A stretch of DNA of 64,000 nt from an uncultured delta proteobacterium (GTDB lineage Bacteria; Desulfobacterota; Binatia; UBA9968), in the NCBI GenBank assembly GCA_963847445.1, contig CAWJZV010000028.1, forward strand, positions 1 through 64,000. The letters are read 5' to 3'. Shown piece by piece: positions 51,464 to 63,080 of this stretch. A program made the translations under genes and the position numbers. The notes beneath the pieces are model-generated. The model saw only the letters and a list, made by a program, of their open reading frames with translations, did no database searches and was not told where the DNA came from. How positions within the stretch are numbered: the stretch's first letter is position 1; each line of letters begins with the position of its first letter.

Positions 51464-51494
51464 GCCACCGTCGTTCGCGGCTCTCGGAATATCG

Positions 51495-51738
51495 ATGTCA
51501 CGTGCATATCTCTGCGCTTGCCGCGCGCCATCGGCGATTGTCTTTGCCGCTTTCCTGACCAAGCTCGCCAAGCACCTGGCGCTGCTCGTCTGCCTCGCCA
51601 TCGCCGGCCAAGCCACAGGACGAGCCGCGCTAGGCCAACGATCGATTCTTCCTGCTGGTTGTCGCCGCGGCCTTGATCCACGGCCTGGGTCAAACGCTTA
51701 AGCGGCGCTCATCCAGGAATGGCCGAGACGCGCCATGA
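51495..51738 (+). CDS. Possible small membrane protein, frameshifted
   Basis: Hydrophobic segments; stop overlaps the next ATG (ATGA). Confidence 0.4.
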
Positions 51739-54700
51739 TCGCCGAGCGTCTCAATAGCGCCAAGATCGTCTTCGGACTCAAGGGCGAGCTTGCCGGCGCC
51801 ATCGACCGAGCTGAGCTGCGCGATCGCATATCCCCGAACTCGGGGCGCAGTTCCACGCCCGCCCACCGGACCAGGAAAACGAGCGCTACAGCTACATCGG
51901 CGCAGGCATCGCCGTGCCGCACTTGCGGATCGACAACCTCGCCGAACCGGAATTGATCCTCGGCCTTGCACCGGACGGCCTGGCGTTCAACGCTCACAAA
52001 ATCAACATCGTCTTGCTGCTCGCCACTCCGGCTGAACGGCCAGCCGAGCACTTGCAGCTCTTGCAGCGCATCGCTTCGCTGCTGCCGGCGATCCGCGAGG
52101 AGCTGCTGCAGCAGCGCCGCCCCGAGCAGATCATCAAAGTCATCGCCCGCGCCGAACAGCAGTCGGCGCTGCCGACCTACATCAATCTCACTCAGGAACA
52201 AATCGCTTTTGAGCTCCAGACCGATCTGGTCAACGGCCTGAGTTCGGCGGAAGCGCAGAGCCGCCTGCGCCACTACGGCGGCAACATCTTGCAGCGCTCC
52301 CGGCGCGATCCTTGGCAATTTAAGTTGCTGCGCAACCTGTTCAGCTTCTTTGCCATCCTCCTGTGGATCGCCGCGCTGCTCTGTTTCGTTCCCGGCGTCG
52401 ACCTGCCGCAGTTGGGCATCGCCATCCTGACTGTGGTTGTGGTCAACGGTCTGTTTGCGTTCCTGCAAGAATACAAATCGGACCGCGCCCTGGAGATGCT
52501 CCAGCAACTGATCGCGCAACAATCGACCGTCATCCGCGACGGCAGCGTTGAGAAAATCGCCGCCGCCGCATTGGTCCCCGGCGATGTCATCGTGCTCGAG
52601 GAAGGCGATCTCGTTCCCGCCGACTGCCGGCTCACCGAAGCGTTCGAAGTCGAGGTCGACAACTCCTCGCTTACCGGCGAATCGTCGCCGGCGCGCCGCT
52701 ACAAATCCGATCAGCCGGTTCTGATCTCCGGTAAATTTCTCTGGATCGAGTTGCCGAACATTCTTGTTCGCCGGCACGTCGCTCTTGCGCGGCCGGGCGC
52801 GCGCCGTTGTCTTCGGCACCGGGATGAGTTCCGAGATCGGCAAGATCGCCAACCTGACCCAAGAGATCGCCATCGAACAGAGCCCGCTGCAGAAACAACT
52901 GCGTGCTACCGTCTATGCGATTACGGCATTGGCTGGAGGATTGGGCCTGGCGTTTCTGTTTCTCGGCTGGTGGGTGGCCGGCCTGACCTTTCTTGGAAGC
53001 CCTGGTATTTTGCATCGGCCTGTTCGTTGCCAACGTTCCCGAAGGTCTGTTGCCCACCGTGACCTTATCCCTCGCCATGGGCGTGCAGCGCATGGCCAAG
53101 CGCCACGCGCTGGTAAAAAGTTTGCCGTCGGTGGAAACCCTCGGCTGCACCACGGTGATCTGCTGCGATAAGACCGGCACATTGACGCAAAATCTCATGA
53201 TGGCCACCGAGATCGCGATTGATGGAAAAATCGTCGAAGTTTCCGGCCTCGGTTACCGGCCGCAGGGCGAATTCATTCATGAAGGCAAAGCGCTGTCATT
53301 GGAAGCGATCTCCCATTGGCACACCCTGCGCCGGCTGCTCGACTGCGCGTTTATCTGCAACAACGCCAAGCTGGAGAAAAAGGACGCGGAGATCCGCGTC
53401 ATCGGCGACCCCACGGAAGGCGCACTCGTCAGTCTGGCCGAAAAAGCCGGCCTGCGCGGCACGCACCAGCGGCTGCATTTGAATCCCTTCGAGTCGATCC
53501 GCAAGCGCATGAGCGTGGTGGTGCGTCCCTATCGGCAAAAAGACGCGGTCATTTACGTCAAAGGCGCGCCAATAGAAATGCTCGCGCAGTGCGAGCGCAT
53601 CCATTGGGGCGATGAAATTCGCCCGCTCACCGAGCTCGACCGCGAGCGAATACGGCAAGAGAACGACGCCATGGCGAGCCGCGGCCTGCGCGTGCTCGCC
53701 TTTGCCTACCGCGACGGCAGCGAACTCAACGGTGCACCGTTTACTTCAACGGGCATCGAAAACGATCTTGTCTATTTGGGACTGGTAGCATTATCCGATC
53801 CGTTGCGGCCGGAAGTGCTGCCGGCGATCCACGCCTGTCACAGCGCCGGCATCCGCGTCATCATGATCACCGGCGACTACGCCCTCACCGCCGCCAGCAT
53901 CGGCCGGCAGATCGGTTTGGGGCAAGACTCGCCGCTTAAGGCATTCACGGGCGCGGAGGTTTCCGAAATGACCGACGCACAACTGCGCGCCATTCTCGGC
54001 CAAGGCGAAACGATTTTCGCCCGCGTCGCCCCCGAACATAAGCTGCGCATCGTCGCCCAATTGAGACAGATGGGCGAGATCGTCGCCGTCACCGGCGACG
54101 GCGTCAACGACGCCCCGGCGCTCAAGAAAGCCGATATCGGCATCGCCATGGGACTGCGCGGCAACGACGTCGCCAAAGAAGCCGCGCGCATGATCTTGAC
54201 CGACGACAACTTCGGCTCCATCGTCGCCGCCATCGAAGAAGGCCGGGCGATCTTCGACAACATCAAACGGTTCGCCGCCTATGTGCTCAACAGCAACCCG
54301 CAGGAAATGTATCCCTATATTTTCTGGGTGCTGTTCCCGGATATTCCTCTGGCGATGACCGTGATGGGCGTGCTCGCCGTCGATGTCGGCACCGATCTCA
54401 TCCCCGCCATGGGGCTCGGCATCGAACCCCCCGAAGAAGGCATCATGGAGCGGCCGCCGCGCCGGCGCGATGAAAAGATCCTATCGCTGCCATTCATCCT
54501 GCGCGCCTACTTCGTGCACGGCAGCATATTGGCGCTCAGTTGCTACGCGACTTACTATTACATGGGTTGGGTGCTCGGCGCCTGGCAGGTCGGGCAGAGT
54601 CTTGCGGCCATGCCCGCTTCGCCGCGGGGTTTGCAATTCGCGCAAGCGACGCCGGCTTATTTGCAAACCTTGACCGCCTACTTTTTCCCCACCGTGACCA

Positions 54701-55119
54701 CGCAGATCGCCAATGTGCTGTGCAAACGCTCAGCGAAAGCGTCGCTATTCGCGGCAAACTTTCTCCAACCGGGCTATCGCCGAGAAGCCCTGCAAGCGAT
54801 CGCCCACTGGCGGCCGCGGCGGGCACCGGCGCTGTTCGAGCCCTTCGCGCCCGCGACCGCCTGGCTGGCAAAGTTTTTCGAACGCCATTACATCGTCTTC
54901 AATCTGCTCTCCAACCCGCTCATCGATCTCGGCATTCTTTTCGAACTGCTGCTCTGCTACTTTTTTTTCTACACGCCGCTCGCCGAGATCTATTATTTCG
55001 CGCCGGTGCCTTGGCATGTCTACCTGTTCGCCTGCCATGGCACCGTGATTCTATTGGTCTTCGAAGAGGTGAAAAAATATTACCGCCGCAAAGGCTATCC
55101 TCTGGAATTTCTCGGCTAG
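51735..55119 (+). CDS. P-type ATPase (Na+/K+-ATPase-like motifs) with N-terminal PTS EIIA domain, frameshifted
   Basis: GIAVPH...LLLATP...HLQLLQRIA EIIA motifs in frame with GLSSAEA, DNSSLTGES; VANVPEGLL, DKTGTLTQN, DVGTD. Confidence 0.85.
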
Positions 55120-55339
55120 AGCCGAGCGGCGGCTACGCCCATGTGGCAAAGTAACGATGAAAAATGTTTTCGCTGCGGCAAAGCGCGCTTGGACGATTCG
55201 CCTTTGTGAAAATTGGCCGCTCTAACGACGCCCAATGTGGTGCGACGAGAATAAAATTGAAGTCGACTTAAAGGGAATTACGGGACCTATACTCCCCGCA
55301 AGCCGCAGCGCGGCCACCGGGCGGCGCCGAAAAAATCCG

Positions 55340-56300
55340 CTAAAAATAGTCTTTTTTCTTAAAGTACGAATACAAACCCAGCGAGATCAAAACCATGCCG
55401 GAGACCACCGCGAAATAACCGTAGCGCCACTCAAGTTCGGGCATGAATTTGAAATTCATGCCATAGATGCCCGCGATGGCGGTGATCACGACAAAAATCG
55501 TGCCCCAGGCGGTGAGCCGCTTCATCGTCACGTTGAGCTGATTCGAGGTCGACGCGAGATGGACTTCGAGGGCGCTTGAAAGAATATCTCTGAGGGCGTC
55601 AAGTTCCTCGGTGATGCGCAGCAAATGATCATAAACGTCACGGAAATAAACCAGATGTTCCGCGCGAACGAAGGGGAATTCGTGGCGCGTGAGCTGGTTT
55701 AAAACTTCCCGCTGCGGCCCGACGGCGCGCCGGACATGAACCAAGGAGCGCTTGAACGCCAAAAGCCGATTCATATCCGCTGACTTCGCCTGGGCCAGCA
55801 GCCGCTCTTCAAGAGAATCGATTTCGTCTTCGATTTCATCGAGGATCGGGAAGTAACTGTCGACGACCAGATCGACGAGAGTATAGAGCAGAAAGTCAGT
55901 GCCGCGGCCGAGCGCATTGGCGAGTCTCTCATGGGTATGGTCATTCTCGATCAGGCCGGGCAGCGCGCCGTAATGGACCGAGACGATCCAGTGGCGGCCG
56001 AGCAGCAGATCGAGCTCGGAAGGTTCGATCTGCCACTTCTTGCTGTGCATCAATGGATGAATGGCCAGGTAAACATAATCTTCAAACGATTCGATTTTTG
56101 GCCGCTGGTTCTGATTGACGACATCTTCAAGCGTCAGGTGGTGGATCTTCAAATCTTCTTGAAGAAAGCGCAGCTCCTCTTCGGTCGGCGCGTCGAAATG
56201 AAACCAGAGATTGGTGTCGCCGCGCGACTAAAAGCTCGGCCACGTCATCTCGACTGACCTTCTCCAGGCCGTTTCCGGTTGCGCGGCGGATGGTGAGCAT
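55340..56300 (-). CDS. corA: Magnesium/cobalt transporter CorA (frameshift near the N-terminus)
   Basis: HLTLED, QRPKIE, YFRDVYDH, GIYGMNF, MPELEW. Confidence 0.92.
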
Positions 56301-56458
56301 GGGTGATTGTTTATAGCATAAGCGGAAATGTTTGCCGAAGAGATTATTCGGCGCTGCGAGGCTTTCCGATCACGGTACACTTTATTTCCTTTTCTTACCC
56401 CTCGCGCCGAGAAACCCAAATCATCGATAATCAAAAATATGCGCTCGCTCAAAGCGTC

Positions 56459-56630
56459 AGGTGATCGAAATGAATTAATCAGAGCCGTGCACGATGCCTG
56501 GTACTGCTCAGAAATCTGCGCCTACGCGCAAAGTTTTCAGCTCATGCGGGCGGCCCAAACCGAATATGCATGGAAACTGGATTTTGCCTCGATCGCGAGC
56601 ATTTGGCGCGGCGGAGGCATCTTCACCTAA
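56459..56630 (+). pseudogene. Internal fragment of 6-phosphogluconate dehydrogenase
   Basis: LIRAVHDAWYCSEICAYAQSFQLMRAA...IASIWRGG resembles Gnd DALYxSKIxSYAQGF...IWRGGC. Confidence 0.7.
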
Positions 56631-56729
56631 CACGGCAAGGTGATTTTGTTGGCATTCGAAGAGCTTAAAAAATATAACTGCTGGAGAGGCTGGCCGCTGG
56701 AATTTCTCGGCTGAGCCCAAGCGGAGGAT

Positions 56730-57459
56730 ATGCCCATGTCACAACATACCGATCAACAATGCTTTCACTGTGGGAAAGTGCGCTCTTACGATCTATTGAT
56801 ACCGAGTGAGATGCTCAGACCCTCGCTGCAAGAAACCATCAAGAAGCATGATCCGAGTTGGACTCCCGGCCAGATGCTCTGCGTTGACTGTCTCGACCTG
56901 TTGAGAGAGGAATATGTCGAAGACGCGCTGACAGAGGAAGTCGGCGAACTCACCCAGCTCGAACAAGAAGTTGTCCAGAGCATGAAGGAACAGGAGACAC
57001 TGACGGAGAACACCAATCGTCGCCTTCGAGAAAAGCGTCACCTTCGGCCAACACAGCGCCGATCGGGTCGCTTCCTTCGGCGGCAGTTGGACGTTCATCG
57101 GCTCATTCGCCCTCGTGCTTGGCGACTTGGATCAGCGATCAACACCGCATCCGCTCTGTGGCGCCCCTTCGATCCGTTATCCTTACATACTGCTCAACCT
57201 GATCCTGTCCTGTCTGGCGGCGATCCAAGCGCCGATCATCATGATGAGCCAAAACCGCATGGAAGCACGCGATCGGCTGCGCTCCGAGAACGATTATCAG
57301 GTGAATCTCAAAGCCGAGCTGGAAATCCGCCACCTTCATGAGAAACTCGACGTCCTGCTCAAACACCAGTGGCAGAAACTTCTGGAGATCCAGCAAATCC
57401 AGATGGACTTTATGAAGGAGTTGGTGCGCCGCAACGACAACGCAAAGCTTCCCAAGTAA
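56730..57459 (+). CDS. DUF1003 membrane protein, frameshifted
   Basis: ADRVASFGGSW, YPYILLNL, AAIQAPIIMMSQNR, DYQVNLKAELEI. Confidence 0.88.
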
Positions 57460-57510
57460 CTTGATCGATGGGGTATAACGACGGAGAAACATCAATGACG
57501 AGCAAGCGTG

Positions 57511-58440
57511 ATGAAAACTCTGCGCTGCGCGACGAGCTCGGACTCGCAGCCTGGTGTTGGCCGTTTGCTGCCTACTGGTCGGGTCTGCATGCCAACGGCC
57601 AAGACAGACCGTTGCTATCGGACCAGATGGTCGGCCGGGAATTCAGTTACACCGTGCAGCCGGGCGATTCGCTCACCGCCATCGGCGCCAGATTCGGCGT
57701 CGGCTCGAACGTCCTCGCCAGTCGCAACAGCCTCGCGCCCAACGCGCGCTTAAAAGTCGCCCAAGAGTTGAACATCGACAACCGCCATATCGTACCGCAA
57801 GCGATCGACGACGGCATCGTCATCAACTTGCCCCAGCGCATGTTGTTCTTTTTCAAGGAAGGCCAAGCGCTGCGCGCTTATCCGGTTGGCCTCGGCAAGC
57901 AGGATTGGCCGACGCCCAGTGGACGCTTCAAGATCGCCGTCAAAGAGGAGAATCCGGTTTGGGATGTTCCCAAGTCGATCCAGGAGGAAATGCGGCGCGA
58001 GGGCAAAGACGTCCAGACTTGCGTGCCGCCGGGACCGGACAATCCGCTTGGGCAAACACTGGCTCGGCTTGAGCATCGGCGGCTACGGCATTCATGGCAC
58101 CATCGCGCCGTCGAGCATCTATCAATTCCAAACCCATGGCTGCATCCGCCTGCACCCGGACGATGTCGCGGCAACTTTTTGCCGCGGTCGAGCGCGGCAC
58201 GCCGGTGTTGCTGCTCTATCGCCGGCTGCTGCTGGCGCGCATCGGCGCGCGGATTTTCCTCGAAGTGCACCGCGATATCTACGGCAAACAAGCGGGCATC
58301 GAGAAAGAGCTGCGGCAACTGGTCGAAAGTGAAAATCTCGCCGCGCGGGTTGATTGGCGGCTCGCCGACGATATAATCCGTAGACAGCAAGGCATCGCCC
58401 GTGAGATCACCAAGGAAAATTCACCAAACTTAGACCATGA
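57511..58440 (+). CDS. LysM + L,D-transpeptidase (YkuD/ErfK family), frameshifted
   Basis: YTVQPGDSL, INLPQRML, YPVGLG, PDNPLG, YGIHGT...THGCIRL. Confidence 0.88.
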
Positions 58441-59040
58441 AGCAGCCGGACCACATTCGAGACCGCCTTTACCCAAACCAGTAGCGTTGAGACGCCGGAT
58501 CTCAAGCGCCGGCGTTTTTTGCGGCTCAGCATCGCCGCGCTGGCGGCGGCTTCGCTGCCGCGCCAGACTTTCGCTGCGAGTCCGAGCGCCGCTCAGGCCG
58601 AGCGCGCGCTGGCGTTCTACAACACCCATACCGGCGAACGCTTAAAAACCACTTACTGGGAGCAGGGACAATACATCGGCGAGGCGCTCAGCGAGATCAA
58701 TCACGTCTTGCGCGATCATCTGGCTAACGAGACTCGGGAGATCGACCCTAAAATGCTCGACCTACTTTTCGCCATCCGCAGCCAGATGCATAGCCGCGAA
58801 ACATTTCACGTCATTTCCGGCTATCGTTCGAATAAGACCAACGCTTATCTGCGCGCCCACAGCAGCGGCGTCGCCGACAATAGTCTGCATACCGTCGGCA
58901 AGGCCATCGACATCCGTCTCCCCGGCCGTGATCTGCGCTCCCTGCGCAAGGTTGCCGTCGACTTGAAAGGCGGCGGTGTCGGCTTCTATCCGAAATCGGA
59001 TTTCGTCCATGTCGATGTCGGTCACGTGCGCTACTGGTAA
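58437..59040 (+). CDS. YcbK/DUF882 (MepK-like) peptidase M15, frameshift near the N-terminus
   Basis: FYNTHTGE, LRDH, ISGYRS, SLHxxGKAID, FVHVDVG. Confidence 0.9.
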
Positions 59041-59180
59041 GAGTTCTCGCGCTGAGGGACTAGGCCGCACAAAGCCGCGGGCGAACTTTTTCTCTTTTGG
59101 ATCACCACCAATGTTTTTCTCGCGGGGGCAATTCCTGTCTCCCCTGCATTTGTGCTGGACGCCTGCGTGAATGACGCAGA

Positions 59181-60188
59181 TCAGCGCGCCGGGATACCGC
59201 CGGGGTAGAGCTGTTTTAACAAACCTTCATCGACGATCTGCTTCATGAACCGGTCGTCGATGAACTCACTGACAAACTGATCGGCGGGCCGGCCGGTGAC
59301 TCCCAGGTGTTCGAGGACGGTCTTGGTGCCTTCGATGCTCGGACGCGGCACCGGCTCCATAAAGCGGGTGTCGGAGTCGTAAGTGTGTTGCAAAATATTC
59401 GGGTCGGAAACTCGAGTGTATTTTTCCAACACCGCCTTCGCCTCATTGGGGCGTCGATGGATATAGGCGATCGCTTCGGTGACGCCGGCAACGAAAGCTC
59501 GCATGCGCCCGGGCTGCTTGGCGATGTACGGCCGCATCGCCGCGCTACAATTGCCGATGTAGGGGATATTCAAGTCACCCAATTCGAGCAACGCTTTAAA
59601 ACCCGCCGCCGCCGCTTGTAAGTCGTTCGGCGCGGTCGTGAAGATCGCCTGCACCCGGCCGTTGACCAGCGCCGCGAATGCCGCGCTGGTTGACCCGCTG
59701 TAGATCAGCGAAACATCCTGACCGGCTTTCAGCCCCTGGCGGGCGAGGAATAGCTTGGCGGCAAAATCGCTGGCCGAACCGGGGTTGGCAACGGCAAATA
59801 CTTTGCCGCGCAGATCCGCGGCTTTTTGAATCGCCGGCACGACCATGATCTTCGAGGTCAGCTTATGCGCCGCGCAAGAAGTGATCGCGACGTCGCCGCC
59901 GCTCAAGCGCATCTGCACCAGCGGCGGACCGGCGGAGAAATAAATCTGGATCTCGCCGGCGAGCAGCGCCGGCCGGCCGGCGGCACGCGGCAAATAGATC
60001 GGCTTGACCTGGATGCCATGCTTGTCGAATAGCTTGGCCTCGGCGCCGATCCACAGCGGCAAGATCGATCCCGACAACGTCCCATGGCCGACCAGCAGGG
60101 TCGGCCGCTCCTGGGCAAGAGCCGCCCCATAGAGCAGCACGGCCAAACCAATAGTCAACAATTTGCTGGCAGCACGCTGGGATTTCAT
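59181..60188 (-). CDS. ABC transporter substrate-binding protein (NMT1/SsuA-like), no partner genes nearby
   Basis: Signal peptide; LFDKHG, ADLRGK, PGSASD, ALVNGRVQA. Confidence 0.8.
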   Translation of the reverse strand: MKSQRAASKLLTIGLAVLLYGAALAQERPTLLVGHGTLSGSILPLWIGAEAKLFDKHGIQVKPIYLPRAAGRPALLAGEIQIYFSAGPPLVQMRLSGGDVAITSCAAHKLTSKIMVVPAIQKAADLRGKVFAVANPGSASDFAAKLFLARQGLKAGQDVSLIYSGSTSAAFAALVNGRVQAIFTTAPNDLQAAAAGFKALLELGDLNIPYIGNCSAAMRPYIAKQPGRMRAFVAGVTEAIAYIHRRPNEAKAVLEKYTRVSDPNILQHTYDSDTRFMEPVPRPSIEGTKTVLEHLGVTGRPADQFVSEFIDDRFMKQIVDEGLLKQLYPGGIPAR

Positions 60189-60884
60189 GGGTTAGCCTCC
60201 GTCATGTTGCGTTCATCGTCTTAGGAAACTCGCACCGTCGGCGTGATCAAACTAATTTCATAACAGATAGCCTATTGAGAGAGATAGTTTCAATCCTCAC
60301 TCTCCCGATGGAAGAGCGTAACCGTCGGCACGACAAGCCAGTTGCAGCCCGCAAATGCTCCAATCCTGCTCAAGGAATCGAAACCCACGAGCGGCAGCGA
60401 TGAAGATGCAAATCGGCACAGGCCGAGGAGCCAAGCGTCGACCGGCAAAGCGCTGGACGCGCTGGACTACCCAACGGTGAGCCAGGCGAGTAACCGGTTA
60501 CGGGAGCTTGTGCGGCGGCATAAGCGGCTTGGCTCGCTTTGTCGGACATTGAAGAGGGCTTACGCCTTAGATAAAGATTTGAGTCTGCTGCTCCCGACTG
60601 AGCGGACGCTCCCTGATCGGAGCAGATCCCGATTCGAATTTTCTTATTGCTGGACCTGGCTCTCTAAACTTGCAACGGTTTTGTTCTTGTCACGCAGTGG
60701 CGCACCGAATAACCGCCGTCAATTCGACGAAATGGTCGAGCTAAAGTGCGCTTCGCGCCGTCACGCTGTGGTTTCGTTCCTGCAACAATTAACGGAAGGC
60801 TCGTAATCCCATGAGAACAAACAGAATAAGCTATATGTTTCACAACAATCTTCATTGAATTCACGGAGCGCCGTCAATTTTCGT

Positions 60885-60899
60885 TGGCACAACTGTTGC
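60885..60899 (+). promoter_or_regulatory. sigma54 -24/-12 promoter
   Basis: TGGCAC-AACTG-TTGC. Confidence 0.75.
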
Positions 60900-60953
60900 G
60901 GTTATCAGATCCGACTACGTTTATTCAACGACGAAGAAAATGACAGGAGGCGC

Positions 60954-61541
60954 ATGATGAAAACACTTGTTGGTATTTTTAGTTCCCAGGCAAACGCAGC
61001 CCGGGCTTATGGCGATTTACGTTCGCTCAACCTTCACAGAGACGATCTCATTCTACTCTCGCCCGAGCCCTCGTTACAACAAATCGATGCCGTCCCCACG
61101 GAAGATGGCGAGCAGCCGGGCATGGGGAAGGCCCTCGGAGGGGTGGTCGGCGGCGCGATGGGGTTAGCCGCCGGCGCTGCGGTGGCGAGCCTGCTTCTCC
61201 CCGGTGTAGGAGCCGTAATTGCGATCGGTCTGGGAGCAGGGACTCTCGGACTTGGCGGAGCCGTTGCCGGGGCTGCAAGTGGTGGAGCGCTTGAAGAGCT
61301 GCTTACACGCGGCTTGCCGAAAGATGAAATCTACCTCTATGAGGATGCCCTGCGACAAGGCCGCACGGTAATTGTCGTCACTTCCGAAGACGATGATCTA
61401 CTGACCCAAAGCCGGCAACTCATGGAACGCAACGGCGCGGAAAGCCTGGATGCTGCTCGTGAAAAACGGTGGATAGGGCTTCCCGATACGGATGAGGTTC
61501 ATTACGCTGCACCCCAGGAGGCTCGGGACAAACCCCTGTAG
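60954..61541 (+). CDS. Glycine-zipper general-stress-type membrane protein
   Basis: TLVGIF, Gly-rich zipper, PGVG, YEDALRQG; AGGAGG RBS. Confidence 0.7.
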   Translation: MMKTLVGIFSSQANAARAYGDLRSLNLHRDDLILLSPEPSLQQIDAVPTEDGEQPGMGKALGGVVGGAMGLAAGAAVASLLLPGVGAVIAIGLGAGTLGLGGAVAGAASGGALEELLTRGLPKDEIYLYEDALRQGRTVIVVTSEDDDLLTQSRQLMERNGAESLDAAREKRWIGLPDTDEVHYAAPQEARDKPL

Positions 61542-61613
61542 CGATCTGGATTTCAAGCCGCGATGGCACCTGATCAGTAGCCCGTCCCCTTTCACGGATG
61601 CTTTTCTCTTGTC

Positions 61614-61934
61614 TTATTTCACGACCGCAACGACCAAAGCTAGTAGTGCGATTAATCCTACGCCCGCTCCCACCACGGCCAAAATTTTCAGGGATTTTTG
61701 CACGGTTTGAAGAACCGTTTCGATGAGTTTCAGCTTGTCGTTCATCTCCTGATTGACTGCGGCCTGTAATTCTAGCGCCTTCTTTAGATCGTCGAGTTGA
61801 TTCTGAGTCCCAGCTCCGGGTTTTCGAATTGTCTCGACTAATTGGCGAATTTGCTCGATGGAAACATTGACCGCAGGGGTGACAGTCGCTAGTTGTATCA
61901 GCAGTTTAGCGATTGCTGTGATTGGAAACATCAT
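61614..61934 (-). CDS. Hypothetical coiled-coil protein with C-terminal TM
   Basis: Heptad-rich segment followed by a hydrophobic tail. Confidence 0.5.
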   Translation of the reverse strand: MMFPITAIAKLLIQLATVTPAVNVSIEQIRQLVETIRKPGAGTQNQLDDLKKALELQAAVNQEMNDKLKLIETVLQTVQKSLKILAVVGAGVGLIALLALVVAVVK

Positions 61935-62036
61935 GACGCTCGTTTCGCCAGTGCGACAATTATAGTTGCCCGATGGAGCCTCTGCAGCTACGCTACTTCG
62001 GCAGTCAGGCACAGCCACTTTCGGCAGCTTAGCGCT

Positions 62037-62204
62037 TCAGCGTTTCGCTCTAGAAACGAGCCAGATGACAAGGCCGAGAATTGCAAAAACCAGAAGCACT
62101 CCGACCCACACTCCGGCCTTAAAAATGGCTGCAACCAGCTCACAGCCAGACAGCGCGACTGAAGAAAAAAGCACACCCACCGACAACCACCACGATTGTT
62201 TCAT
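62037..62204 (-). CDS. Small lipoprotein-like membrane protein
   Basis: LSGC lipobox then ELVAAIFKAGVWVG and a TM; GGAGG RBS. Confidence 0.65.
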   Translation of the reverse strand: MKQSWWLSVGVLFSSVALSGCELVAAIFKAGVWVGVLLVFAILGLVIWLVSRAKR

Positions 62205-62548
62205 AGAAGCCCTCCAGGATTCCGATTTAGTGGCTAGTAGTCTAACAAGTAAAACGAACCGGACAAGTAATGTGATTACTGAAACTGAATTGGGCAGGAC
62301 GCGACACGCGCCGCGTAAGGAGGCAGGATTAAATTCACTAGAGCGACGCACAGAAAACCAATCGCCCTGAGAAGGGCTGCTGCAATAACTAAAGATTTTA
62401 CTGAAAGCCCTCACGTTTCCTCCTGGATCAAAACAATTACGGTCTGTGAAATTGGCGCTAGCTCACAGAGAACGCGCAGATACGAGCGGTTTTGAAGCTC
62501 CAACATCTGGCAGAGGGATATTTTTGTGCGCTTCGATAACATTGTGAT

Positions 62549-63080
62549 TCAGTAACTCCAAGTCTCGTGCGCCAGCGGAGCCGCGTTCAATTCAGCGCGC
62601 CGCGATCTCCATTGGGGCAGAAATTTGCTTATCAGCGCGGTGAAGTTGTCGTTATGATGCCGCTCCAACAGGTGGATCAATTCGTGGACGATGATGTATT
62701 CGAGACACTGCACTGGCTTCTTTGCGAGTTCGAGGTTTAGCCAGATGCGGCGGGCTTCAACATTACATGCACCCCACTTCGTCTTCATCTTTTTGATCGC
62801 CCATTGTTTTGCTTGAACACCTAGCTTGGTTTGCCATTTTTCCACGAGCGGCGGGAGCAATTCCTTTAATTGCTGGCGATACCAGTGCTGCAATACCCGT
62901 TCGCGTTGTTCAGGCTTGCTATCTCGCCTCACATAAAGTTCGATCGCCGACTTATTCCGTACAATCACTTTTGCCGGACCGTGGTCCTGGACCACATGGA
63001 GCCGATAACGCTGTCCCAAGAAAAAGTGACTCTCTCCGCTCGCCATCTCACGCGCCGATTGTCGTGGTTGAGCAGCAAAC
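62549..63080 (-). pseudogene. M48/YgjP-like metallopeptidase, N-terminally truncated
   Basis: SGESHFFLG, KMKTKWGAC, YIIVHELIHL, HNDNF; joined directly to hsdM sequence. Confidence 0.8.

Noticed and set aside
60342-60806. 154-aa ORF
   Set aside because: No motifs, atypical composition and no clear RBS
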